A DNA stretch of 64,000 nt, taken from positions 1 through 64,000 of the forward strand of contig JALGVI010000001.1 of NCBI GenBank assembly GCA_029838215.1. Direction: 5' to 3'. The notes below the pieces were generated by a model. That model worked only from the letters and a program-made list of their open reading frames with translations. It was not told where the DNA came from and ran no database searches. Position numbers and translations under genes: made by a program. The stretch is from Candidatus Helarchaeota archaeon. Its GTDB lineage: Archaea > Asgardarchaeota > Lokiarchaeia > Helarchaeales > RDOG01. Below are positions 39,816-48,545 of the stretch, one piece after another. Numbering within the stretch: the stretch's first letter is position 1; each line of letters starts with the position of its first letter.

Positions 39816-41015
39816 ATGAAAGAAAAAAACAATCTCTCAATATTGATGATTACGCACAAGACAGAATCTTTTGTAAGGGACATTGCACGGTTTGTGCAGA
39901 AAAATGGACACGATGTATATTTATATGGTCCAATGCCATCCAAGAAAGATCTAAAACCTTTGCTTTCTTCGGGTGTAAAGTTGTTTCCCATGAATATAAA
40001 AGGTATTCTAACATCTGGAGAAAAAATTGGTGACAATTTTTTGAGTTCTCCAAGAAAGGAAATGATTAGGTTCGTTTTTGCTTCATTGAAGACACTCAGT
40101 AGAATTTTATTGACATATCGAGTTGATGTAATTCATGCTCATTGGGTACTTCCATCAGGATTCATTGCAGGTATTCTTTCACGCATCTTCAGGATCCCTG
40201 CCATCGTAACAGCACATGGACGTTCAATTTATTTGAATCCTCAAGTTGGTTTTATCGTGCCGCAAAAGCGCTATGCGAGAATTTTACTTGAAATGTCATT
40301 TCTAAATTTAAAAAAAATAGTAGCTGTAAGCAGAGATGCCATTTTTCATGCTCTCCAGCGCGGTGCGAAACAGGATAGGTGCGTGGTAATTTATAACGGA
40401 ACTGATGAACAATTATTTAATCCCGATGTTTCAGGGATGAACGTGAAATCAAAATGGGGACTGAAAAAGGATTTCGCACTTGTTGCGGTGAGAAAATTCT
40501 ACAAGCGAAAAGGATTACAATATTTAATTCAGGCACTCCCAGGCGTCATTGATGAAATCCCAGACGTGAAGCTAATACTTCTCGGGGATGGTCCATTAAA
40601 AAAAACCTTAGAACGCCAAGTTAAAGAATTAAACATTTCTAATCACGTGATTTTTACGGGAATGGTTCCCAATAGAAAAGTTCCAGAGTATTTAGCTGCA
40701 GCTGACGCGTGCTTGGTTCCTTCTTTAGAAGAAGGTTTCGGTGTTGCAGCTGTCGAAGCGATGGCAATGAAAAAACCCTTGATTAGCACGCAAGCGGGAG
40801 GATTAAGAGAAGTCGTTGATGAAAAAACGACAATACTTGTTCCTCCCCGAGATTCCCAGGCCATTGCTCAAGCAATCATTCGCTTGTGGAAGAACCCAGA
40901 AATGAGAAAAAAACTCGGTGAAGCCGGACGTAAAAAAGTTCTCCAAAAATTCAACTGGAACCGAGCTGCAAGAGAATATATTAAACTCTATAATCAAATA
41001 CTCAAGCATTCATAA
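39816..41015 (+). CDS. GT4 family glycosyltransferase
   Basis: IHAHW, EEGFGVAAVEAMA..KP.I.T..GG. Confidence 0.92.
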   Translation: MKEKNNLSILMITHKTESFVRDIARFVQKNGHDVYLYGPMPSKKDLKPLLSSGVKLFPMNIKGILTSGEKIGDNFLSSPRKEMIRFVFASLKTLSRILLTYRVDVIHAHWVLPSGFIAGILSRIFRIPAIVTAHGRSIYLNPQVGFIVPQKRYARILLEMSFLNLKKIVAVSRDAIFHALQRGAKQDRCVVIYNGTDEQLFNPDVSGMNVKSKWGLKKDFALVAVRKFYKRKGLQYLIQALPGVIDEIPDVKLILLGDGPLKKTLERQVKELNISNHVIFTGMVPNRKVPEYLAAADACLVPSLEEGFGVAAVEAMAMKKPLISTQAGGLREVVDEKTTILVPPRDSQAIAQAIIRLWKNPEMRKKLGEAGRKKVLQKFNWNRAAREYIKLYNQILKHS

Positions 41016-42341
41016 CGTAGTCTTTTTTCTTTTAGCAAGTAGAAGATTTTTCTGAGCAGAGACTGTTGCTCTTGCAAGAAGTAGCCATCCTTCTAGATCA
41101 TTATTTAGAGCAAAGGAAGTCACGCAGACATGGTTTAAGAATTTTCGTGCCATCTTTAATTTTTCTTCTTCTAAAACTAATTCTTGTGCGTCATTCACGT
41201 TCATTAATGCAGAAAGTAGCAGACACGCAGTTACGTAAACATAAAACCTTGGGGAGGCATATCCCCGATTAAAGATTCCTGTAATAATTCTACGAAAACA
41301 TCCATTTTTAATTTGGAATTTTAGATATTCATGAGCCTGAATGAACCGCGACAGAAGAGGTCCAACTAAACGAACCACGGCACGTTTATCCTTCAAGTAG
41401 TAAGATATATATTCTGAATAGAAATTGATTTTGAGATAATTGAAGAGATCAAAATTTACCATCTTTCCAATTAATTCACCTTTTGTGGCATGAGTTTTGA
41501 TCATATAACCCAAAACCGTGAGGAGATCTTTTTTTGTTTCCATCCAAACGCTTGCTAAGCCATTTTCAAAAGGACTTGAGATTGGTTTCAGTTTATAAGA
41601 AGTACAGGTTTTTACTTTCATTGTAAGATCAGGTATTTTTTCTTGAAGATCTGGCATTTTTCGTGAAAGTACTTGATCAAATAGTGAAGCTCGTTCTTCA
41701 TAAGTAGGGGCATAGAAATTCCCTGCTAAGGAAAGAGCAGTACAGATTTCGACATACGTCTTTGCACATTCATAAATCAGAGACTGTCCTTTCTTCGAAT
41801 CTGGAGTGATTTCAGAATCCCAAGGATTATTTTCTAAAAGTCCAATTAATTTGTTACAAAGAATTCGAATTCCGCTTACCCTTGCAATTCTTGCGGATGT
41901 TAGAGGGATGAGATGAAGTAAATTCTCACCATGTAAAATTAATCCATTTTTCTTCAACTCATAATTGCTCAGGTCAGGAGGGAGCTTGCGTAACTTTCGG
42001 CATGAAATGAACTCGATATTTATGTGAAAATCACCAGGGGCATGACCTTCATACCATTGGCTTGATATTCCCAAGATTGAATTCAAAGAATCAATTAACT
42101 GCTTGTATTTCGTTGAACTGATCTGCTCATCCGTGATCACGACCAAATCATAATCCTTCAGGGGAATAACCTGATTTGGTTCCTTAAAATAGACAGACCC
42201 TTCCCCACGAGCAAAACCTCCAGTTAATATAATAGCATTAACATTCACGATTCGAGTCCTAATCTCACCCACGATTCTTTGTAGTTGATTTTCAATGTAT
42301 TGATCAACTACCGGATCATCAAATTTTGAATATTTTCCCAT
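41010..42341 (-). CDS. Pol-beta superfamily nucleotidyltransferase-like protein with helical C-terminal domain
   Basis: ILTGGFARGEG...KDYDLVV (hG[GS]...DhD); ATG42341 after GGAG. Confidence 0.65.
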   Translation of the reverse strand: MGKYSKFDDPVVDQYIENQLQRIVGEIRTRIVNVNAIILTGGFARGEGSVYFKEPNQVIPLKDYDLVVITDEQISSTKYKQLIDSLNSILGISSQWYEGHAPGDFHINIEFISCRKLRKLPPDLSNYELKKNGLILHGENLLHLIPLTSARIARVSGIRILCNKLIGLLENNPWDSEITPDSKKGQSLIYECAKTYVEICTALSLAGNFYAPTYEERASLFDQVLSRKMPDLQEKIPDLTMKVKTCTSYKLKPISSPFENGLASVWMETKKDLLTVLGYMIKTHATKGELIGKMVNFDLFNYLKINFYSEYISYYLKDKRAVVRLVGPLLSRFIQAHEYLKFQIKNGCFRRIITGIFNRGYASPRFYVYVTACLLLSALMNVNDAQELVLEEEKLKMARKFLNHVCVTSFALNNDLEGWLLLARATVSAQKNLLLAKRKKTTL

Positions 42342-42363
42342 CAACACTCCTCTTTTTCGACAA

Positions 42364-43593
42364 TCAATTGAATGGTTTTCCTGGAAGTTTTAATTCATTT
42401 TGAAGGTTCATTAATTTCAAAATAGTTGGAACGAAGTCAATGAATTCTCGGTGTTCTTCATTTTTGGTAGAAGTGTTTTGCCCATCCTGACAAAGGAAGA
42501 ATGGATCTAATTCGGAATTCTTGACGGGATAACCGTGCATTCCCTTGATAAAATTTTTACCTTGATAATAATTAGGGGTTAGGAGCGTTCCCTTATCCGC
42601 TAAAAAGATTAAATTTCCATTTCGATCACGCATTTCTGGAGAAAAATTTAAGTGATACTCCTGCAATTCATCACCATTTAACACGTGTCCTCCTTTTAAA
42701 TTTGATAATTCTTCAGCAATTTCGCCAATCACCCTTGTATCTCGCACAAAAAATCGCCACAAAATAGAATCTAAGAAAGAATCAAATTTTGATCCGTGTT
42801 TTTTCCTAAGAGCTTTTAATATTGGTTGAACGGGAAGAGCTTGAGTTACATTCGTCATGCCGTGGTCCGAAAATACGATAAATGAAGGATTTTTAAGCAT
42901 TTTCTCAAAACCCTGCATAATATATTTGACTTGAGCATCAGTTTTCCTCAAGCATTCACGAGTTTGTCTTGAGCGTGTTCCCGTTCGATGTTGAACACCA
43001 TCTAAATTAAAAAACCTAATGAAATAAAAATCTCTTCTTGTATTGCTTCCCAAAATCTTCATGACTGCTTTCATCGTATCGGAGTCACCGTGAACGTTGG
43101 GGAAGTTTACAATTTCATATGAAATCTTATTTACGCGAAATACATCAAAGAGAGTCTTGACACGTCCCAAAGCACCCTCTTGATCAATCCGCTTTGGCAT
43201 GGCAAACGCAAATTTATGCAATTCATCCCATGGAATTAACGTGGTGCGAGGAAACTGTGAAAATCCATATATTTTCTTTGTAAGATGGCAGATAGGGGCG
43301 GTTAGGATTTTTCGGAGAGTCAAGTTTTTGATCTTGTCGAGAAAAATGTCCTGAATCCCGGTCATTAATGGATTTTTTGTCCATTGAAATTCTGAATGAG
43401 CAGGAGAATATTGAAAATCTGTCCAAATACCGTGAATCTCAGCATGTTGACCTGAAAATAATGTCGGTTCAATCCCTCGAAATGATAATAAGGGAGTTAT
43501 CCTTCCAAATATTGCTTTTTCAGAAAGATTGGAAAGGAAGGGAGTATTTTGATGCGTGATCTGCGAAAAACCCATTGCATCTACCATGATCAT
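42364..43593 (-). CDS. Alkaline phosphatase superfamily / nucleotide pyrophosphatase-phosphodiesterase
   Basis: VDAMG, LDGVQH, FSDHGM, GMHGY metal-binding motifs. Confidence 0.82.
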   Translation of the reverse strand: MIMVDAMGFSQITHQNTPFLSNLSEKAIFGRITPLLSFRGIEPTLFSGQHAEIHGIWTDFQYSPAHSEFQWTKNPLMTGIQDIFLDKIKNLTLRKILTAPICHLTKKIYGFSQFPRTTLIPWDELHKFAFAMPKRIDQEGALGRVKTLFDVFRVNKISYEIVNFPNVHGDSDTMKAVMKILGSNTRRDFYFIRFFNLDGVQHRTGTRSRQTRECLRKTDAQVKYIMQGFEKMLKNPSFIVFSDHGMTNVTQALPVQPILKALRKKHGSKFDSFLDSILWRFFVRDTRVIGEIAEELSNLKGGHVLNGDELQEYHLNFSPEMRDRNGNLIFLADKGTLLTPNYYQGKNFIKGMHGYPVKNSELDPFFLCQDGQNTSTKNEEHREFIDFVPTILKLMNLQNELKLPGKPFN

Positions 43594-43607
43594 TACAAGA
43601 GCTTTCC

Positions 43608-44441
43608 TCAGTGCTTCACGCCTCCTAAAATGATCTTTCCGTGCATGTATCCGGCAAGATAAGAAAGTGAAAGAAAAGCATCCAAGATATTATAACGTCG
43701 TTCTTTAGTAATGAGTTTTGGTTTGGCAACTTGTCTTGATTTAGAAAGCCCGCCATCATATGCTCTTGTCATTAAATTCTTAAATTTGGTTCGTTCACGC
43801 GGAATAATGTGAGAAACAACTACTTTTGGATCGTATATCACTTTATAAAATCCTCTTAAGCGCAAGCAATAATCAGTTTCTTCTCCGCCGAGTAATGTTC
43901 CAGGAATTCGTCCCAAGTTCGTATCAAATTTTCCAATGTTATCATAAACTTCTTTCTTCAAGGAGAAATTACACCCAATGACTTTCTCCGTGACCATCAC
44001 GTGATCACCTAAATCCATGAGTGATAACCATTCTCGCGCTAACACGGATTTCTTCACGATACTTGAAACGCGTTCACTCCAAATGGGCTGAATTTTACCA
44101 CCGACTATTCCAATTTTTTCATCGTTAAGGAATCGTTCTCTGATCCTCCCAACCCAATCATTTCTAGCAATGGCATCATCATCAATAAATGACACGATCT
44201 CGCCTTCGGCACTTTCAACACCAGTATTTCTTGCATGACTCAATCCCAGACGATCTTCATAAACAATCTTGAATTGAAACTCATCTTGCAGTTTCAAAAT
44301 CGTTTCACGATTCCTCGAATTTGTGATCACGATAACCTCATCGGGAGAACAGGTTTGATCCTTCAGGGATTGCAAGCATTGCTTCAAGAGCGGACCGCAC
44401 GAGAGAGTTGGAACGCAAACAGAAATTGATGATTCAGTCAT
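43608..44441 (-). CDS. GT2 family glycosyltransferase
   Basis: GLS.ARN.G, FIDDD, GCNFS, GGEETD. Confidence 0.9.
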   Translation of the reverse strand: MTESSISVCVPTLSCGPLLKQCLQSLKDQTCSPDEVIVITNSRNRETILKLQDEFQFKIVYEDRLGLSHARNTGVESAEGEIVSFIDDDAIARNDWVGRIRERFLNDEKIGIVGGKIQPIWSERVSSIVKKSVLAREWLSLMDLGDHVMVTEKVIGCNFSLKKEVYDNIGKFDTNLGRIPGTLLGGEETDYCLRLRGFYKVIYDPKVVVSHIIPRERTKFKNLMTRAYDGGLSKSRQVAKPKLITKERRYNILDAFLSLSYLAGYMHGKIILGGVKH

Positions 44442-44538
44442 TGCCAAATTTAACCTCAAACACATAAATAGCTTTAAACGATATTTAAAACTTGAAATTT
44501 CAACTAAGAAAATAGAGGGTCAAATCATTTCAGATGAC

Positions 44539-46038
44539 ATGATAATCACGCCAAAATTCACCAAAGATTCCATGTATTCATTAACTTGGTTGGTGATTTA
44601 CCGCCTTAGTGCATTAGTGGGGTCAATAATACTCGCAAATTTATTGTCTCCTGTCAAATATGGACTCTATGCAGATCTCATGGCTTGGGGTCTAATCTTG
44701 AGTTCATTTCTTACCTTGGGATTGCCTTCTGCACTGACCAAAATCATTTCAGAAAACAAAATAAAAGATCGAAAATTAAACGGCTCGATATTATTTATCA
44801 CTTTCATCATCATGGGCGTTCAATCCCTTGTCGTGTTCATATTTAACCTTATCATTTCCAATTTTTTTATTGCGATGTTTTACTTCCAGCCGTTTATCGA
44901 AATCCTTTTCATTTTAATTGGCGTGCGATTGCTCTTTTCTGGTCCTGTCACGATAAATCAAGGAATTTTCACGGGCTTTAAGGAATTAAAGAAGCTTGCC
45001 ATCATAATGTCAGTAGGGTATATCATTAGAATTCCCTTGATTCTTGGTTGTATATTAGTTTGGGATGTCCTTGGAGCATTTGTGGCTGAAATTCTCATAA
45101 ACGTGATTTTCTTTTGTTCGCTCATCTACTTTCTGAGGAAATTCTTGGTGAAAGAACACCTAGAATGGAACTGGAAAAAGGCTAAAGAGAGCATCCGCCC
45201 AATTTATTCCCTATCCTTGCCAATCTTCCTCACGGTTATTTTTCCGCTAATTGCAAATTGGGTTGGCTTTCGTTTTTTGGGCATGTTTCATGCAGAAACA
45301 TCTATCGGCATCTTCCAAATTGCATTCAACCTCGTCAGTTTATTACTCATAATTCCGACAGCCATCATTGCACCATTTTTACCACATATTACAGAACATT
45401 TTAATCAAGATAAAGAACGTTTTCGAATTTCCGTAAAAAAAATTTGTAAATTCTCCAGTTTACTCTTATTTCCAGCCATTATCACTATTGGTTTCTTAAG
45501 TCCTTTCATAATTTTAGTTTTTTATCCAAAATATTACTTGCTTGAAACCTTCACGACATTATTCATTCTTACATCGTATTCTTTTCTGGCTGCTTTAATC
45601 ACGATATATTTGCAGGTTCTAATAGCAACTACTTCAACCTCGAAGATTATCCTTTTTGAAATTATTAAGAGCGGCGTGCAATTGTTTGCCACGTTCGTGT
45701 TTGTTCCATTATATGGTCTTTACGGACTGAGCATCTCATTTCTCATGGGTGTTTTCTTTCAATATTCATGTTATATTGGGTTTTTTGGGTGGAAACTAAA
45801 GATTTACGAGCGGTTCTCATCAATCCTATTCGGTTTCTCGTTAGTCATGATTCTCGTCTTTATATTTCCCTACTTGACGCTCTTTTCAATTAGCTTGGTC
45901 GTGCCTCTCGTTATTGGAATTGTTACCATCGTCATCATCTCACTCTTCTCATTATTCCTGATATGGCGCGATGAAACCTGTCGGCAATACTTGGTTAACA
46001 TTTACAAGATGTTTTCGAGGGAGGGTAAAAAGGATTAA
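44539..46038 (+). CDS. Wzx/MOP-family oligosaccharide flippase
   Basis: Many TM helices, L.P..YGLY, LGLP.AL.K.ISE, GIFQIA. Confidence 0.88.
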   Translation: MIITPKFTKDSMYSLTWLVIYRLSALVGSIILANLLSPVKYGLYADLMAWGLILSSFLTLGLPSALTKIISENKIKDRKLNGSILFITFIIMGVQSLVVFIFNLIISNFFIAMFYFQPFIEILFILIGVRLLFSGPVTINQGIFTGFKELKKLAIIMSVGYIIRIPLILGCILVWDVLGAFVAEILINVIFFCSLIYFLRKFLVKEHLEWNWKKAKESIRPIYSLSLPIFLTVIFPLIANWVGFRFLGMFHAETSIGIFQIAFNLVSLLLIIPTAIIAPFLPHITEHFNQDKERFRISVKKICKFSSLLLFPAIITIGFLSPFIILVFYPKYYLLETFTTLFILTSYSFLAALITIYLQVLIATTSTSKIILFEIIKSGVQLFATFVFVPLYGLYGLSISFLMGVFFQYSCYIGFFGWKLKIYERFSSILFGFSLVMILVFIFPYLTLFSISLVVPLVIGIVTIVIISLFSLFLIWRDETCRQYLVNIYKMFSREGKKD

Positions 46039-47209
46039 CGTACTTCTTCTTACGGCTTATAACTATCCAAGCGCAGGGGGAATCTCTTCTTACATTGCAG
46101 TCCTGTCGAAAAGTCTGCAAAAAAGAGGCGTTAATACAGAAATTATTTCATTTAATTCAATGCATCTGTTCACTCAAATCTTTTTAAAAATTCTTTATAG
46201 CCTCCATCATGTTTCCCAACGTTTTTTTTATCCTTTATATCTGATTTGCTTGAAACGTGCCATTATCCTGCACCTGTTGATCCATCTCAAGTCTACAAGA
46301 CATGACATCATTCATGCTCAGGATCCACTGAGCCTTCAATGCGCGCGTGTTCTTAAATACCTGCAAGGGACGAAATTGGCTTTGACCGTGCACGGTTTCC
46401 TTGCTGCAGAGACGTTGATAAAATTTAAATCAAGTAGCCTCTTTCTAAAGAATTTTCTACTTGCTGAAGAGAAAAAAGCCTACTCCCTTGCCGATCAAAT
46501 AACGTGCGTGGAAGCAAGACGGAAAAAACACGTCTTAAAATTGATCAATAATTCACGAAAGGTAATTTCTCAAGCTAACTTCATTGATGGTTCAATGTTC
46601 AAGAAAAAACCCGCAAAATTTTTCGATGCCGCATTGCCGACCTTTCGATTCAAGATTCTCAATCCTAAACGACTGATTGAGTCTTCGGATCTTTCAACGT
46701 ATTTAGATGCTGCTAATCGCGTTCAACAGGTCCGCAACGACATTGCATTCATTTTAACGGGTTCTGGTCATTTAAAGAAGCAAATTCGAGAAGAAATTCG
46801 AAAGCGAAAATTAAAAAATGCATTTCTTTTCGATCCGATCCCCCATCATGTCATGCCCGTGGCATATAATTCCGTTGATTTAATAGTCATCACGTCTAGA
46901 CCAATAGGGGGGGTTACAGAAGGAATTAGCATTTCAATTCTTGAAGCAATGGCTTCTGAAAAACCAGTTATCGCTTCAGCCGTTGGAGGCTCACTTTCAA
47001 TAATTTCCGATGGCCAAGATGGTTACCTAATACCTCCAAGCGACCCCGTAACTCTTGCAGAAAAAATCCTTGAACTCATCGAAAACAAGACTCTCCGAAT
47101 CGAAATGGGGCGAAATGCTCGAAAGAAAATTCTTCTCAAATACGAACGAGATGAAGCAATAGAACGGATCTTGATGATATATCAGAAAACGTTGCAAAAT
47201 ACCTACTAG
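45971..47209 (+). CDS. GT4 family glycosyltransferase (start uncertain)
   Basis: YP..GGISSY...L, EGISISILEAMA..KPVIASAVGG. Confidence 0.88.
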   Translation: MKPVGNTWLTFTRCFRGRVKRINVLLLTAYNYPSAGGISSYIAVLSKSLQKRGVNTEIISFNSMHLFTQIFLKILYSLHHVSQRFFYPLYLICLKRAIILHLLIHLKSTRHDIIHAQDPLSLQCARVLKYLQGTKLALTVHGFLAAETLIKFKSSSLFLKNFLLAEEKKAYSLADQITCVEARRKKHVLKLINNSRKVISQANFIDGSMFKKKPAKFFDAALPTFRFKILNPKRLIESSDLSTYLDAANRVQQVRNDIAFILTGSGHLKKQIREEIRKRKLKNAFLFDPIPHHVMPVAYNSVDLIVITSRPIGGVTEGISISILEAMASEKPVIASAVGGSLSIISDGQDGYLIPPSDPVTLAEKILELIENKTLRIEMGRNARKKILLKYERDEAIERILMIYQKTLQNTY

Positions 47210-48327
47210 GAAAGGGACTTAAAAATTTCAAGATATCGAGAAAAATTTTTCCTCAAATCGTGATCGCGTCGAATTTTAGCATCATCAAACAATTTCACTT
47301 TTTCTCTAAATGATGGATCATTTACAATATCTTTTACATGTCGAGCAACCTGTTCATGATCACCAACATCAACGAGATACCCATTTCTCCCGGGAAATAT
47401 TAATTCGGGTATTCCTCCCACCCGAGTTGCAATGATGGGAATCCCTCTTGCCATTCCTTCTAACAAAACCAATCCCACGCCTTCATTCTTGCTGGTTAAC
47501 AGTAATACATCTGCCAAATCGTGATAATCCTTCAACATCCAAGGCGGAAGCGCCCCTAAAAAAAAGACACTATTGTCCAAACGCAATTTTTTCACCATTT
47601 TTTTTAATTTCTTCCTTTCAGGACCGTCCCCGATTATTAAAAGGCTAATGTCAATTCCATCTTTCACGATCAATTCCAGGGCTTTTATAACCACGTCGAC
47701 CGCTTTAATCGGCACTAACCTGGCGACGCACGACATCACGAATTCGGTCTTGACTCCCAATTTCTGTTTCAGGCGCCTTGAGTCTTTTTGAGAAATTGAT
47801 CTCGAACCGGCTCGAACGATACCGTGAGGGATGACGATGATTTTTTCAGGACGAGCGACGTGAACCAGTGCCAGATGTCTTAAGAACTGGTTGGGCGCGA
47901 TGACGCGATCCGCCTGAGAAAGAATCCATTTCGTGATAAAGCCGAACGTCTTTGAAAATCGGTACAATCCACCGCCGTGCGTGGTTATTATTAGTGGAAT
48001 CTTGAAAAACTTCTTGATCAATGCTGCCGAAAACCCTTCCGCAAGAACATCATTCGCCACCATCAATGACGGAAGCCCTCTCTTATTCACTTTTATAAAA
48101 TTCCAAAAATAACTCAAGACAAGTGAAATGAAACGAATTACCGGCAGATTAAGGAAAAATATTCCATTAGTGCCGGGCGACCGAGAAGAACGAAAACAAG
48201 ACTTGCGGACAAATACTTGAACACTTAACCCATTCCTCTCGAAGAAATCCCTTAATAACCCGGTATAGATCTCTTGACCACCAATATCAGGAGGATAAAT
48301 ACCTCTTGAGAACATGACAAGCTTCAT
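47206..48327 (-). CDS. GT4 family glycosyltransferase
   Basis: YPPDIGGQE, EGVGLVLLEGMA.G.PIIATRVGGIPE. Confidence 0.9.
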   Translation of the reverse strand: MKLVMFSRGIYPPDIGGQEIYTGLLRDFFERNGLSVQVFVRKSCFRSSRSPGTNGIFFLNLPVIRFISLVLSYFWNFIKVNKRGLPSLMVANDVLAEGFSAALIKKFFKIPLIITTHGGGLYRFSKTFGFITKWILSQADRVIAPNQFLRHLALVHVARPEKIIVIPHGIVRAGSRSISQKDSRRLKQKLGVKTEFVMSCVARLVPIKAVDVVIKALELIVKDGIDISLLIIGDGPERKKLKKMVKKLRLDNSVFFLGALPPWMLKDYHDLADVLLLTSKNEGVGLVLLEGMARGIPIIATRVGGIPELIFPGRNGYLVDVGDHEQVARHVKDIVNDPSFREKVKLFDDAKIRRDHDLRKNFSRYLEIFKSLS

Positions 48328-48545
48328 TTCAACTAATAATCTAATGCTATCCATAAAAAATCATTTCATGTTCCAAAGCAATTCTTGACGTGACTCAAAA
48401 TTAAAATATTCAGCTTTGAGAAGAATCCTCCGTGTAAACACGCGAACAATTAAATAGAACCCTTGAGCTCGATAATAAATCAGATGCTTTTTAAATCCCT
48501 TCGCACGATATCCGATTAGATACAAGCCCGAAACGAAAAGGCGAG

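Noticed and set aside
48519-48545. Hammerhead-like CGAAAC hairpin upstream of the LRV gene
   Set aside because: No CTGATGA core found nearby
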